DNA of 64,000 nucleotides from Gordius albopunctatus (taxonomy: Eukaryota): the NCBI GenBank assembly GCA_964276515.1, contig OZ193910.1, positions 5,518,001 through 5,582,000 on the forward strand, given 5' to 3'. Both the position numbers and the translations under genes were made by a program. Below, piece by piece: positions 26,339-35,320 of the stretch. Within the stretch, counting starts at the first letter, position 1; each line of letters starts with the position of its first letter. The notes beneath the pieces are model-generated. The model was not told the DNA's origin. It saw nothing but the letters and a program-made list of their open reading frames with translations, and did no database searches.

Positions 26339-28384
26339 TCACGTGACTGGGGGATTTGTTCGGTTTTCCCCTTCGTCGGACCCAAAATTTTCGCTTTCCC
26401 AAAAACCCAGGTCTATTTCTGCTTCTAGGTCCTCTTCTTCGGGTATATCGAACGATGCTTCATCGAAGGTGGTGTTTCGATCTTTAGGCATCCAGAGCCG
26501 TGATGGCTCGTCCGCTGGGTTGAGCTCGGTGGAGACCCATTCGAGGTTGAAGTGGAGGCGGAGGAGGTGTTCGACGCCGCTTGTTGCCACAAAACTCGCT
26601 ATGATTTTCTCTACTATCGGAGAGTTGGACCCTCCTTTCTTTAGTACGTAGTACGCCGTCGTAGAGTCCGTAATCACCTTTGGGTATCGTGCTCCGTTCT
26701 GAGGTGCCGTGAGGTACGCATAGATTTCAGCCAGTGTTTCTGCCGCCGTTATGTGGTTGGAGTTGACCCAGTCCAACCCGATCGCATCAGCTGCTTGTTC
26801 GAAGGATACTGAGAACTTTATGCCTTCCCAAGATATGCCGAGGTGAGTGTCGGAGGCGTCCGCGTAGATTGCCGTGTCGTGTTCCTCGTATAGTGGGATG
26901 ACTGAATCGAGAATTGCCAGACATCCTGCCAGTTTGTTTTGGGCTAGTGGTCTATCGTGTGTTGTACCGTTCCCCGTTGAGACCGCGTAAAAGGTGGTAA
27001 AGAGCTTGGACATGCCCGTAAGATTGTAGAAGAAGTAGTTCATGACTCCCAGCGCTTCTAGCATGCTATAGTCTTTTGGTGGTGTGTTGCTGGATAGGAA
27101 CCAATAGAGTATGTCGGCCGCGTATGTAAGTCTTTCTTTCGTTTTCTCCGAGACGGTGATTGCGTGTGTTTCGAAGTTTATTTCTAACCCTAGGTAGCTC
27201 AGTTGTTTTTCGGGCATGAAGGATGATTTTGCCAGGTTAATTGTTAACCCCCAGTCCTTGGCCATGCCTGCCAGTTCCCCTAGGTCGGTTGCTACATCGT
27301 CCTCGTTCTCAGCAAAGATGAGAATGTCGTCCAAGTAGACGTTATAGTGGCATCTCTTGACTGAGGTTTTGACGAGGTCAGCCACGATGGTTTGTAGTAC
27401 GTATGGGCTGAAGGAGGCCCCCATTGGCAATACGTTGTATTGATAAAGTTTCCCTCTCCATTTATAGCCGCAGTACTTCTTATAGTTCTTGTGTAGTGGT
27501 ATGCTGAAGAAGGCTGCCTTGAGGTCAACCTTGGCTGCGTAGTTGGCCTTGGCTAGAGATTTTGCCGTCAGTGGGATGGTAGCCAGCTTTACCGGGAGAT
27601 GCCTGAAGTTTCTTGAAGCTTCAGATAGGTCGGTAATCACCCTGGCGTCCCCATTGCTTTTAGCTATGAAGAAGGTTGAGGACGTGACCGCGAGCGCTTG
27701 CGTCTCGGAAACAACGTCTTCTTCTTTCATAGTAGTAAAAAAGCTAGGCGTGCCTTTTGATATTCGTTTCCATCTATCGGGCTTGAACAAGCCGCCATTT
27801 TGCCTTATTTTGGGCAAGTCAAGTGGGGGTTTGAAGCCTTCGAATGCCACCTTGAGCGTAAACTCTGACATCAGCGGGTGTGGTGTGAGTCGCGTCGTTT
27901 TTATGTCGAGTTTTCCGGTTGGCTTCTGGGTCGCGTTGGTTTTCCCCCACTTGAAGATCGCTTTGTGCTGATCGATGAGGCTTGGTATTGCTGCCGAGCC
28001 TTCGTCCCCGTTAGTGGGGCTATTGGTAGGGTTTACTCGATTCCCTACTTCTGGTGGAGGCGGAGGTGGCTCCGGCGGAGTGTTGTCATCGTCGTCGTTG
28101 GAGTTGTCAGGTGAAGGGGAGAAGAGCTGCTGACGACGAGTTTCCTTTAGGAAATCTTTGATTTTCCGCCACCAGTCCGGTGTTTTGTGGCTCTTGTCCC
28201 CCCTGAGAGTCGGTTCGCCATTAGGCCCGTACTCCCAGTTGTTCACTGTTTGCTTCAAGAGTTTACGAACGCGGGGCAGGGGCCGCGTTCTTCTTGAAGT
28301 GTCGGCCCGGCTTGCTGCCTCGGCCCCTGCCAGCGCTTGGAAAAAACGATTTCTTGGGAGATTTCGGCGCGGCCACTTCAACAT
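26339..28384 (-). CDS. Reverse transcriptase-RNase H (P/pol ORF, 681 aa, intact)
   Basis: RT motifs FFIAK..RVITDLS, KVDLKAAFFSIPL, LPMGASFSP, YLDD, GLTIN..KS, YLG; RNase H motifs YADAS, HITAAETLA, TDST, WVSTELNPADEPSR. Confidence 0.93.
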   Translation of the reverse strand: MLKWPRRNLPRNRFFQALAGAEAASRADTSRRTRPLPRVRKLLKQTVNNWEYGPNGEPTLRGDKSHKTPDWWRKIKDFLKETRRQQLFSPSPDNSNDDDDNTPPEPPPPPPEVGNRVNPTNSPTNGDEGSAAIPSLIDQHKAIFKWGKTNATQKPTGKLDIKTTRLTPHPLMSEFTLKVAFEGFKPPLDLPKIRQNGGLFKPDRWKRISKGTPSFFTTMKEEDVVSETQALAVTSSTFFIAKSNGDARVITDLSEASRNFRHLPVKLATIPLTAKSLAKANYAAKVDLKAAFFSIPLHKNYKKYCGYKWRGKLYQYNVLPMGASFSPYVLQTIVADLVKTSVKRCHYNVYLDDILIFAENEDDVATDLGELAGMAKDWGLTINLAKSSFMPEKQLSYLGLEINFETHAITVSEKTKERLTYAADILYWFLSSNTPPKDYSMLEALGVMNYFFYNLTGMSKLFTTFYAVSTGNGTTHDRPLAQNKLAGCLAILDSVIPLYEEHDTAIYADASDTHLGISWEGIKFSVSFEQAADAIGLDWVNSNHITAAETLAEIYAYLTAPQNGARYPKVITDSTTAYYVLKKGGSNSPIVEKIIASFVATSGVEHLLRLHFNLEWVSTELNPADEPSRLWMPKDRNTTFDEASFDIPEEEDLEAEIDLGFWESENFGSDEGENRTNPPVT

Positions 28385-28703
28385 TCTGGAAGCCCATGTC
28401 AGAGAGCCACGTAGTGTCGGCCCGTATAGCTGTGGCCCAGTTAAATTTTATCGCTAGGCATAATGTTTTTAGCTGTTTATCGTGTGCTGTCAGCACTTCT
28501 ATTGGCGACGCAGGCGTGTACACTTGGGACATGAGTATAGCGTATTTAGCCTCATGCCTTTCCCTCTTTTGGACCCTCAGGTTTGGGTCTGTTAGCAGCT
28601 CGCTGAGCCCCTGTGTGTGTTTCACAATATCCTCGCAGATAGCTGCCGGGGTTTTCGGCTGTTCTGGGGCTGGTACGATTTGTACTGTAGAAGGCATTTG
28701 CAT
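28263..28703 (-). CDS. Small capsid/gag-like ORF (146 aa) with basic C-terminus, overlapping the pol start
   Basis: Lies upstream of pol and overlaps it by 122 nt in another frame; tail PKSPKKSFFPSAGRGRGSKPGRHFKK. Function is inferred from position and composition only. Confidence 0.6.
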   Translation of the reverse strand: MQMPSTVQIVPAPEQPKTPAAICEDIVKHTQGLSELLTDPNLRVQKRERHEAKYAILMSQVYTPASPIEVLTAHDKQLKTLCLAIKFNWATAIRADTTWLSDMGFQNVEVAAPKSPKKSFFPSAGRGRGSKPGRHFKKNAAPAPRS

Positions 28704-28801
28704 TGGTGGCGGCGTTACTTGTGGTGGTTCGTGCCTTGCTAGCGAGGAGTTGAGCGATCAAATCCGTTGTGCCCGCACCGGGAACCCCTGGTCTAACAGG
28801 G

Positions 28802-29001
28802 NNNNNNNNNNNNNNNNNNNNNNNNNNNNNNNNNNNNNNNNNNNNNNNNNNNNNNNNNNNNNNNNNNNNNNNNNNNNNNNNNNNNNNNNNNNNNNNNNNN
28901 NNNNNNNNNNNNNNNNNNNNNNNNNNNNNNNNNNNNNNNNNNNNNNNNNNNNNNNNNNNNNNNNNNNNNNNNNNNNNNNNNNNNNNNNNNNNNNNNNNNN
29001 N
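28802..29001. other. Assembly gap (200 N)
   Basis: Run of N. Flanks 28131-28801 and 29002-29672 appear identical (offset 871), suggesting overlapping contig ends. Confidence 0.95.
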
Positions 29002-29133
29002 TGACGACGAGTTTCCTTTAGGAAATCTTTGATTTTCCGCCACCAGTCCGGTGTTTTGTGGCTCTTGTCCCCCCTGAGAGTCGGTTCGCCATTAGGCCCG
29101 TACTCCCAGTTGTTCACTGTTTGCTTCAAGAGT

Positions 29134-29574
29134 TTACGAACGCGGGGCAGGGGCCGCGTTCTTCTTGAAGTGTCGGCCCGGCTTGCTGCCTCGGCCCCTG
29201 CCAGCGCTTGGAAAAAACGATTTCTTGGGAGATTTCGGCGCGGCCACTTCAACATTCTGGAAGCCCATGTCAGAGAGCCACGTAGTGTCGGCCCGTATAG
29301 CTGTGGCCCAGTTAAATTTTATCGCTAGGCATAATGTTTTTAGCTGTTTATCGTGTGCTGTCAGCACTTCTATTGGCGACGCAGGCGTGTACACTTGGGA
29401 CATGAGTATAGCGTATTTAGCCTCATGCCTTTCCCTCTTTTGGACCCTCAGGTTTGGGTCTGTTAGCAGCTCGCTGAGCCCCTGTGTGTGTTTCACAATA
29501 TCCTCGCAGATAGCTGCCGGGGTTTTCGGCTGTTCTGGGGCTGGTACGATTTGTACTGTAGAAGGCATTTGCAT
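29134..29574 (-). CDS. Second assembled copy of the capsid/gag-like ORF (probably redundant across the gap)
   Basis: Translation identical to 28263-28703. Confidence 0.45.
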   Translation of the reverse strand: MQMPSTVQIVPAPEQPKTPAAICEDIVKHTQGLSELLTDPNLRVQKRERHEAKYAILMSQVYTPASPIEVLTAHDKQLKTLCLAIKFNWATAIRADTTWLSDMGFQNVEVAAPKSPKKSFFPSAGRGRGSKPGRHFKKNAAPAPRS

Positions 29575-29734
29575 TGGTGGCGGCGTTACTTGTGGTGGTT
29601 CGTGCCTTGCTAGCGAGGAGTTGAGCGATCAAATCCGTTGTGCCCGCACCGGGAACCCCTGGTCTAACAGGGCTCAACGGAGGACTGCTCATCTGTTCCC
29701 CTTGTGTGTTTCTCGTAGGTCGCGGGTTGGTCAT
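29423..29734 (-). CDS. Upstream small ORF (103 aa, MTNPRPTR...) of the retroelement
   Basis: First ATG after the 5' direct repeat; overlaps the capsid-like ORF in another frame. Confidence 0.4.
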   Translation of the reverse strand: MTNPRPTRNTQGEQMSSPPLSPVRPGVPGAGTTDLIAQLLASKARTTTSNAATNANAFYSTNRTSPRTAENPGSYLRGYCETHTGAQRAANRPKPEGPKEGKA

Positions 29735-29779
29735 CTTTCTTGGGGGAAAAAAGGTGGACAACAAAATTTTTGGGTAAGA

Positions 29780-31590
29780 TAAAGGAAACTCGTCGTCAGC
29801 AGCTCTTCTCCCCTTCACCTGACAACTCCAACGACGACGATGACAACACTCCGCCGGAGCCACCTCCGCCTCCACCAGAAGTAGGGAATCGAGTAAACCC
29901 TACCAATAGCCCCACTAACGGGGACGAAGGCTCGGCAGCAATACCAAGCCTCATCGATCAGCACAAAGCGATCTTCAAGTGGGGGAAAACCAACGCGACC
30001 CAGAAGCCAACCGGAAAACTCGACATAAAAACGACGCGACTCACACCACACCCGCTGATGTCAGAGTTTACGCTCAAGGTGGCATTCGAAGGCTTCAAAC
30101 CCCCACTTGACTTGCCCAAAATAAGGCAAAATGGCGGCTTGTTCAAGCCCGATAGATGGAAACGAATATCAAAAGGCACGCCGAGCTTTTTTACTACTAT
30201 GAAAGAAGAGGACGTTGTTTCCGAGACGCAAGCGCTCGCGGTCACGTCCTCAACCTTCTTCATAGCTAAAAGCAATGGGGACGCCAGGGTGATTACCGAC
30301 CTATCTGAAGCTTCAAGAAACTTCAGGCATCTCCCGGTAAAGCTGGCTACCATCCCACTGACGGCAAAATCTCTAGCCAAGGCCAACTACGCAGCCAAGG
30401 TTGACCTCAAGGCAGCCTTCTTCAGCATACTACTACACAAGAACTATAAGAAGTACTGCGGCTATAAATGGAGAGGGAAACTTTATCAATACAACGTATT
30501 GCCAATGGGGGCCTCCTTCAGCCCATACGTACTACAAACCATCGTGGCTGACCTCGTCAAAACCTCAGTCAAGAGATGCCACTATAACGTCTACTTGGAC
30601 GACATTCTCATCTTTGCTGAGAACGAGGACGATGTAGCAACCGACCTAGGGGAACTGGCAGGCATGGCCAAGGACTGGGGGTTAACAATTAACCCGGCAA
30701 AATCATCCTTCATGCCCGAAAAACAACTGAGCTACCTAGGGTTAGAAATAAACTTCGAAACACACGCAATCACCGTCTCGGAGAAAACGAAAGAAAGACT
30801 TACATACGCGGCCGACATACTCTATTGGTTCCTATCCAGCAACACACCACCAAAAGACTATAGGATGCTAGAAGCGCTGGGAGTCATGAACTACTTCTTC
30901 TACAATCTTACGGGCATGTCCAAGCTCTTTACCACCTTTTACGCGGTCTCAACGGGGAACGGTACAACACACGATAGACCACTAGCCCAAAACAAACTGG
31001 CAGGATGTCTGGCAATTCTCGATTCAGTCATCCCACTATACGAGGAACACGACACGGCAATCTACGCGGACGCCTCCGACACTCACCTCGGCATATCTTG
31101 GGAAGGCATAAAGTTCTCAGTATCCTTCGAACAAGCAGCTGATGCGATCGGGTTGGACTGGGTCAACTCCAACCACATAACGGCGGCAGAAACACTGGCT
31201 GAAATCTATGCGTACCTCACGGCACCTCAGAACGGAGCACGATACCCAAAGGTGATTACGGACTCTACGACGGCGTACTACGTACTAAAGAAAGGAGGGT
31301 CCAACTCTCCGATAGTAGAGAAAATCATAGCGAGTTTTGTGGCAACAAGCGGCGTCGAACACCTCCTCCGCCTCCACTTCAACCTCGAATGGGTCTCCAC
31401 CGAGCTCAACCCAGCGGACGAGCCATCACGGCTCTGGATGCCTAAAGATCGAAACACCACCTTCGATGAAGCATCGTTCGATATACCCGAAGAAGAGGAC
31501 CTAGAAGCAGAAATAGACCTGGGTTTTTGGGAAAGCGAAAATTTTGGGTCCGACGAAGGGGAAAACCGAACAAATCCCCCAGTCACGTGA
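29780..31590 (+). CDS. 5'-truncated inverted copy of RT-RNase H
   Basis: Same protein from KETRRQQ onward with three visible amino-acid changes (IPLH/ILLH, INLAK/INPAK, DYSM/DYRM) plus silent changes, so it is a distinct copy. Confidence 0.88.
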
Positions 31591-31632
31591 CCGTGCCTTA
31601 TATAAGCGCGTCCCAAGACCATAACATCATTC
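31582..31632 (+). promoter_or_regulatory. Putative Pol II core promoter downstream of pol: E-box, TATA and Inr
   Basis: GTCACGTGAC (31582-31591), TATATAAG (31599-31606), TCATTC matching Inr TCAKTY with its A (31629) exactly 30 nt after the first T of the TATA. Mirrored in the minus copy at ~26297-26347. Confidence 0.55.
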
Positions 31633-31772
31633 GCTCGATTTTCTTTTCTCGCCATTTTATTGTCCCACGCTTACACGCTTACTGCCCCCTTCTCATTTAC
31701 CGTCGCTATCTTACCCAAAAATTTTTTCGCTCTACGTTATTATAATATTACATAAGGATAGATAAATAAACG

Positions 31773-31835
31773 CCCCTGGTAGAACGATAGCGAAACCAGG
31801 GAATCTGGAGAAAGGGCTTAACCCTTTCCCCAGAT
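31773..31835 (+). other. Tandem 3'-terminal hairpins of the retroelement
   Basis: CCCCTGGT-n14-ACCAGGG(G/A) followed directly by ATCTGGAGAAAGGG-CTTAA-CCCTTTCCCCAGAT; also at 26094-26156 (minus) and 32081-32142; AATAAA at 31765-31770. Confidence 0.85.
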
Positions 31836-33200
31836 AAAAACATTATGCCTAGCGATAAAATTTAACTGGGCCACAGATATACGGGCCGACACTACGTGGC
31901 TATCTGACATGGGCTTCCAGAATGTTGAAGTGGCCGCGCCGAAATCTCCCATTTCTCGCCATTTCATTGTCCCACGCTTACACGCTTACTGCCCCCTTCT
32001 CATTTACCGTCGCTATCTTACCCAAAAATTTTTTTCGCTCTACGTTATTATAATATTACATAAGGATAGATAAATAAACGCCCCTGGTAGAACGATAGCG
32101 AAACCAGGGGATCTGGAGAAAGGGCTTAACCCTTTCCCCAGAGTTTGAACAAAATTTTTATAACTAAAATTTATTACTCCTACTCTGGTAATTGTTCTCC
32201 CCAGGATTATACTCGCATTGCCGATGCAAGTTTTTGTCAGCTAAATCAAGAATACAATGATGAAGAAGACATGAACAACTATGATATTAACATTATAAAC
32301 ATTTCACCTTACATTAATTGTGTAACAACTTATATTGGAGGTTACATTGTTGGGCAAATGATTGAATGTAAAAAAGTAACATGTAAGACCTGTATTATAT
32401 TTTTAGATCAATTATTAATTAATATAAAAAACAAAGGTGGGTTGGTTGTCCCGTCCCCTGATGTAATTAAGGTTTGTAAAAATACTGAAAGTATATATAG
32501 GCTTTTTAAACAAACAAATCAAATTTTTTCTAAAAAAACACTATTTTTAATTGAAATAAAAGTTTTTTATTCATTAATTGGCTCTAATATATTTTCATCA
32601 TTAGTTAATCATATCGTTGATCAGGAATTAGGTTCATTAAATCATTTACAATTATTAGTTAAGTTAATAATTAATATGTATACCAAAATTTTACTCCATA
32701 ATTTTTGTAATATTTCAAACCAAGAGTTTAAAACTAATCTTAGGCAAAAACTGAATAAGGCCGTTATTTTTAAGGGGCAATAATTACATGGATTGACAAT
32801 TGATTAATTTGTTAATATGATTTTACATGTGAAAATTTACATGATGCCCTTTATTGTTTAATGTAAAATTGTAACTTAGAATATATTATAATTTTTGTAA
32901 ATAAAATATACTATAGATGGCGCTAATGTTTCTGGTACGTATACTACTATATTTCCTAAAATATAAAGAAATTCTAGACAATTTTAACTATTTCTAATGT
33001 AGTTCTAATTTATTCGTATATAAACATAGGTTTTACTTTTTGTTTGGGCTTTTGTAAGCTTATATTAGCTTGATATAAATTTATAAAATAAATATTAAAA
33101 TCCAGCGAAATAAATAGCGCACATAGCGCTTTAATAATCATCATACCTGATGTGAGGGAACATATACATATATTTGTTAATTTTTTTCAAGCCCAAACAA

Positions 33201-33912
33201 CTGATGTGAGGGAATATTGACATTTTAATATCTTTCGAAATTAAAGAAGTTTGTTTGGGCTAGAAAAAAATTAACAAATATATGTATTATTTTAAAATTA
33301 TTCAAATATTAATTTAAAATAAAACTTAATATAAATTTATGATATAATCATGATACCTGATGTGAGGGAATATTGACATTTGTAATATCTTTCAGAAATA
33401 AAGAAGTTTGTTTGGGCTAAAAAAATTAACAAATATATGTAATATTGTTCATTTAAATTATGTAAAACAAAGTATTTATTAAAAACAAAGCATATAAAGA
33501 TATTCATTAAAATAACGATAAAATAATTTGATTACTTGATCCAAATTTAATGTTAGTACAGAATCTTCCCTCAAAAAGTGCCTTTTATATGAATAAAAAT
33601 CTTTTTTGGCAAAATGTTTGCCACATATAAAGGATGTTTTCTTTAGGTGAAAATCTGGACCCATAATTAAAAGACATTTTTTTTAAATTTCAGGATTTTT
33701 TTAGGAAATCTATAAAAAAAAATATATAGCAATTTAAAAAATACTTACCTATGGAAGGATGTGTCTCCATTTTTATTCTTATAAACACTTGTGCAATTTT
33801 TTATTTCACAAGTGCGCATATTGGTGGGCTAAAGTAATGGCGGCCTGAGTTGCTAAATAAATTTCAATGCAAAGATCAGCTGTTCGGCAGTCTATAGTTT
33901 TATTAGTCTATG
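33201..33912 (-). repeat. ~710-bp inverted copy of the THAP9 element's left end, without the Gypsy insertion
   Basis: Reverse complement matches 18304-18785 joined to 23780-24009 with a single ATTTG; includes THAP exons (CGKHF). Confidence 0.9.
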
Positions 33913-35320
33913 TCATACACTAATAAAACCATAGACTACCGAACAGCTGATAATTTTTCGGCAAATGCTTACTATGAGCTTTGCTCGAGCACGCACACTG
34001 AGTTGTTTAATATGCGCGTTAGCACAATCTATGCTCGCTGTTCGGTGCATTAGGCAACAATAGCATATAAAAATGCTCGAGCGGCGAGTCGAAACAATAA
34101 AATCTGTTCAAGCATTGAGTATATTGCCAGAGCAGAAACCCCAAAGAAATTACTACGAGTTAGTAACTATAAATATTTGCTCATATTATATATAATAAAT
34201 AAATTAAGAACTCCCCACCCCCCTTTTTAACCTCTTTTTCGCAGTGGTTTGCCCCCTCCTCTCTTTACCCTCTTTCTCCCCCGGGGGCCCATCCTTTTTT
34301 TACCCTCTTTCTCACCCGCCCACTCTTATGCCCTATCACTCACTCAGAGGGGGGGGGGGCAGATCACCCTTTTTCCCTGAGGGAGGGCCACCCCCCTTTA
34401 TAAACCGGCTCAGACAGGCCTCCACATTTTACAAAAAGGCTCCAACTGGCCTGAAATTATAAGAGGCTTGCACGGGCCTATGATTTTATAAGCTGTCTTA
34501 GAATTCTAATAGTTAGTTATAAACTTCTCACGAAAGCGCCCAAGAAAAAATTTATTCGCTTTTTTATTTAAAAGATTTGTTTAAATGAATTTTGCAATAT
34601 TAATCTTATATCCTGGTACATACATTCACTTCGACAGCTAAACTTGAACTGAATGCTTTATTTTATTTGTCAAAAAAACACACATACATACACTTTACTT
34701 TATATATATATATTATAACTATAAGATTTATAATTAAGTGTAATTTAATTGTTTTTATGCGCATTGAACGAATTTGGCTTTAAGTAGTAAAACAACTTTA
34801 AAGGCTCGGAGGCAAAAACTATTAGGTTCAAGTCTAGATTTTCCAGACAAAATACATTAAAAATTTACAAAGTTGAAACACTATACTTATTAATGGTTTT
34901 TATTCATCCAAAAATCAATATATACGAAGCAGCGTACCACTTGATAGATAATATAAATTATGGTGCCTCCGCTATGGGCTGCACCACTTATCTTATATGA
35001 TGGGGCCTATCCGGACTTTCGTATATATCTGTTGAATAATTTAAAAACAATACACTAAAAGTAGGTCAGATATCTATTACATGCTTTCCTAAAGTACCAA
35101 ACCCATATCAAATTCTGGGTGGGACATGCTAAAATTTTATAAATATATTGTAGGTTTTTTACGGAAATTAAATATGTTTATACACTGGTTTATATATTAG
35201 AGCCCTATTGGTTAATAGGCTTACATGCACACTACAATTTTTAATGAGAGTTTAAAATATTTAATGTCGCTAATGTAGTTTGATTCTATAGCTAAACGTT
35301 TTTTTTATTAAACAATACAC

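Larger units (their letters stand above)
26094..32142. mobile_element. Composite inverted insertion of a compact RT-RNase H retroelement (DIRS/hepadna-like, no recombinase or integrase)
   Basis: GC-rich block interrupting the THAP9 transposase. Minus-strand near-full copy (26094-29780, spanning an assembly gap), plus-strand 5'-truncated copy (29780-31835), core-ORF fragment (31836-31951) and a third 3' end (31952-32142). Confidence 0.9.
18304..33912 (+). mobile_element. P-element/THAP9-like DNA transposon (disrupted, intron-containing transposase) with nested insertions
   Basis: Terminus catagactaataaaactatagactgccgaacagctgat at 18304, inverted at 33912. THAP domain (RFPK...W...FICGKNF...DSVPTL). 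Transposase motifs FYYSPKAYKYMR, LTFDEMAI, HWKIPLGYF, ITCDE, FDTFNSR, YLLTYKLSQDRLESFFGLIRARG, SGNC, YIGGYIV..C..C, KGGLVVPS, LNKAVIFKGQ* (stop 32783). No TSD found. Confidence 0.85.

Noticed and set aside
27292..27528. Overlapping envelope/surface-like or recombinase ORF inside pol
   Set aside because: Only 78 aa, with no TM pattern and no R-H-R-Y recombinase motifs; antisense ORFs here reflect the higher GC content.
29002..29672. Tandem duplication of the capsid-like ORF region
   Set aside because: Appears identical to 28131-28801, abuts a 200-N gap and starts at the inversion breakpoint, so it is most likely redundant contig overlap.
29740..29779. Native start of the 616-aa plus-strand RT ORF
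   Set aside because: The first residues come from the antisense 5' end of the other copy across the inversion junction, and the start is TTG, so it is chimeric.
31773..31835. Hammerhead ribozyme or piggyBac end-to-end junction in the 3' hairpins
   Set aside because: No CUGANGA core. The AAAGGG-C-TTAA-CCCTTT resemblance to piggyBac ends is short and has no other supporting features.
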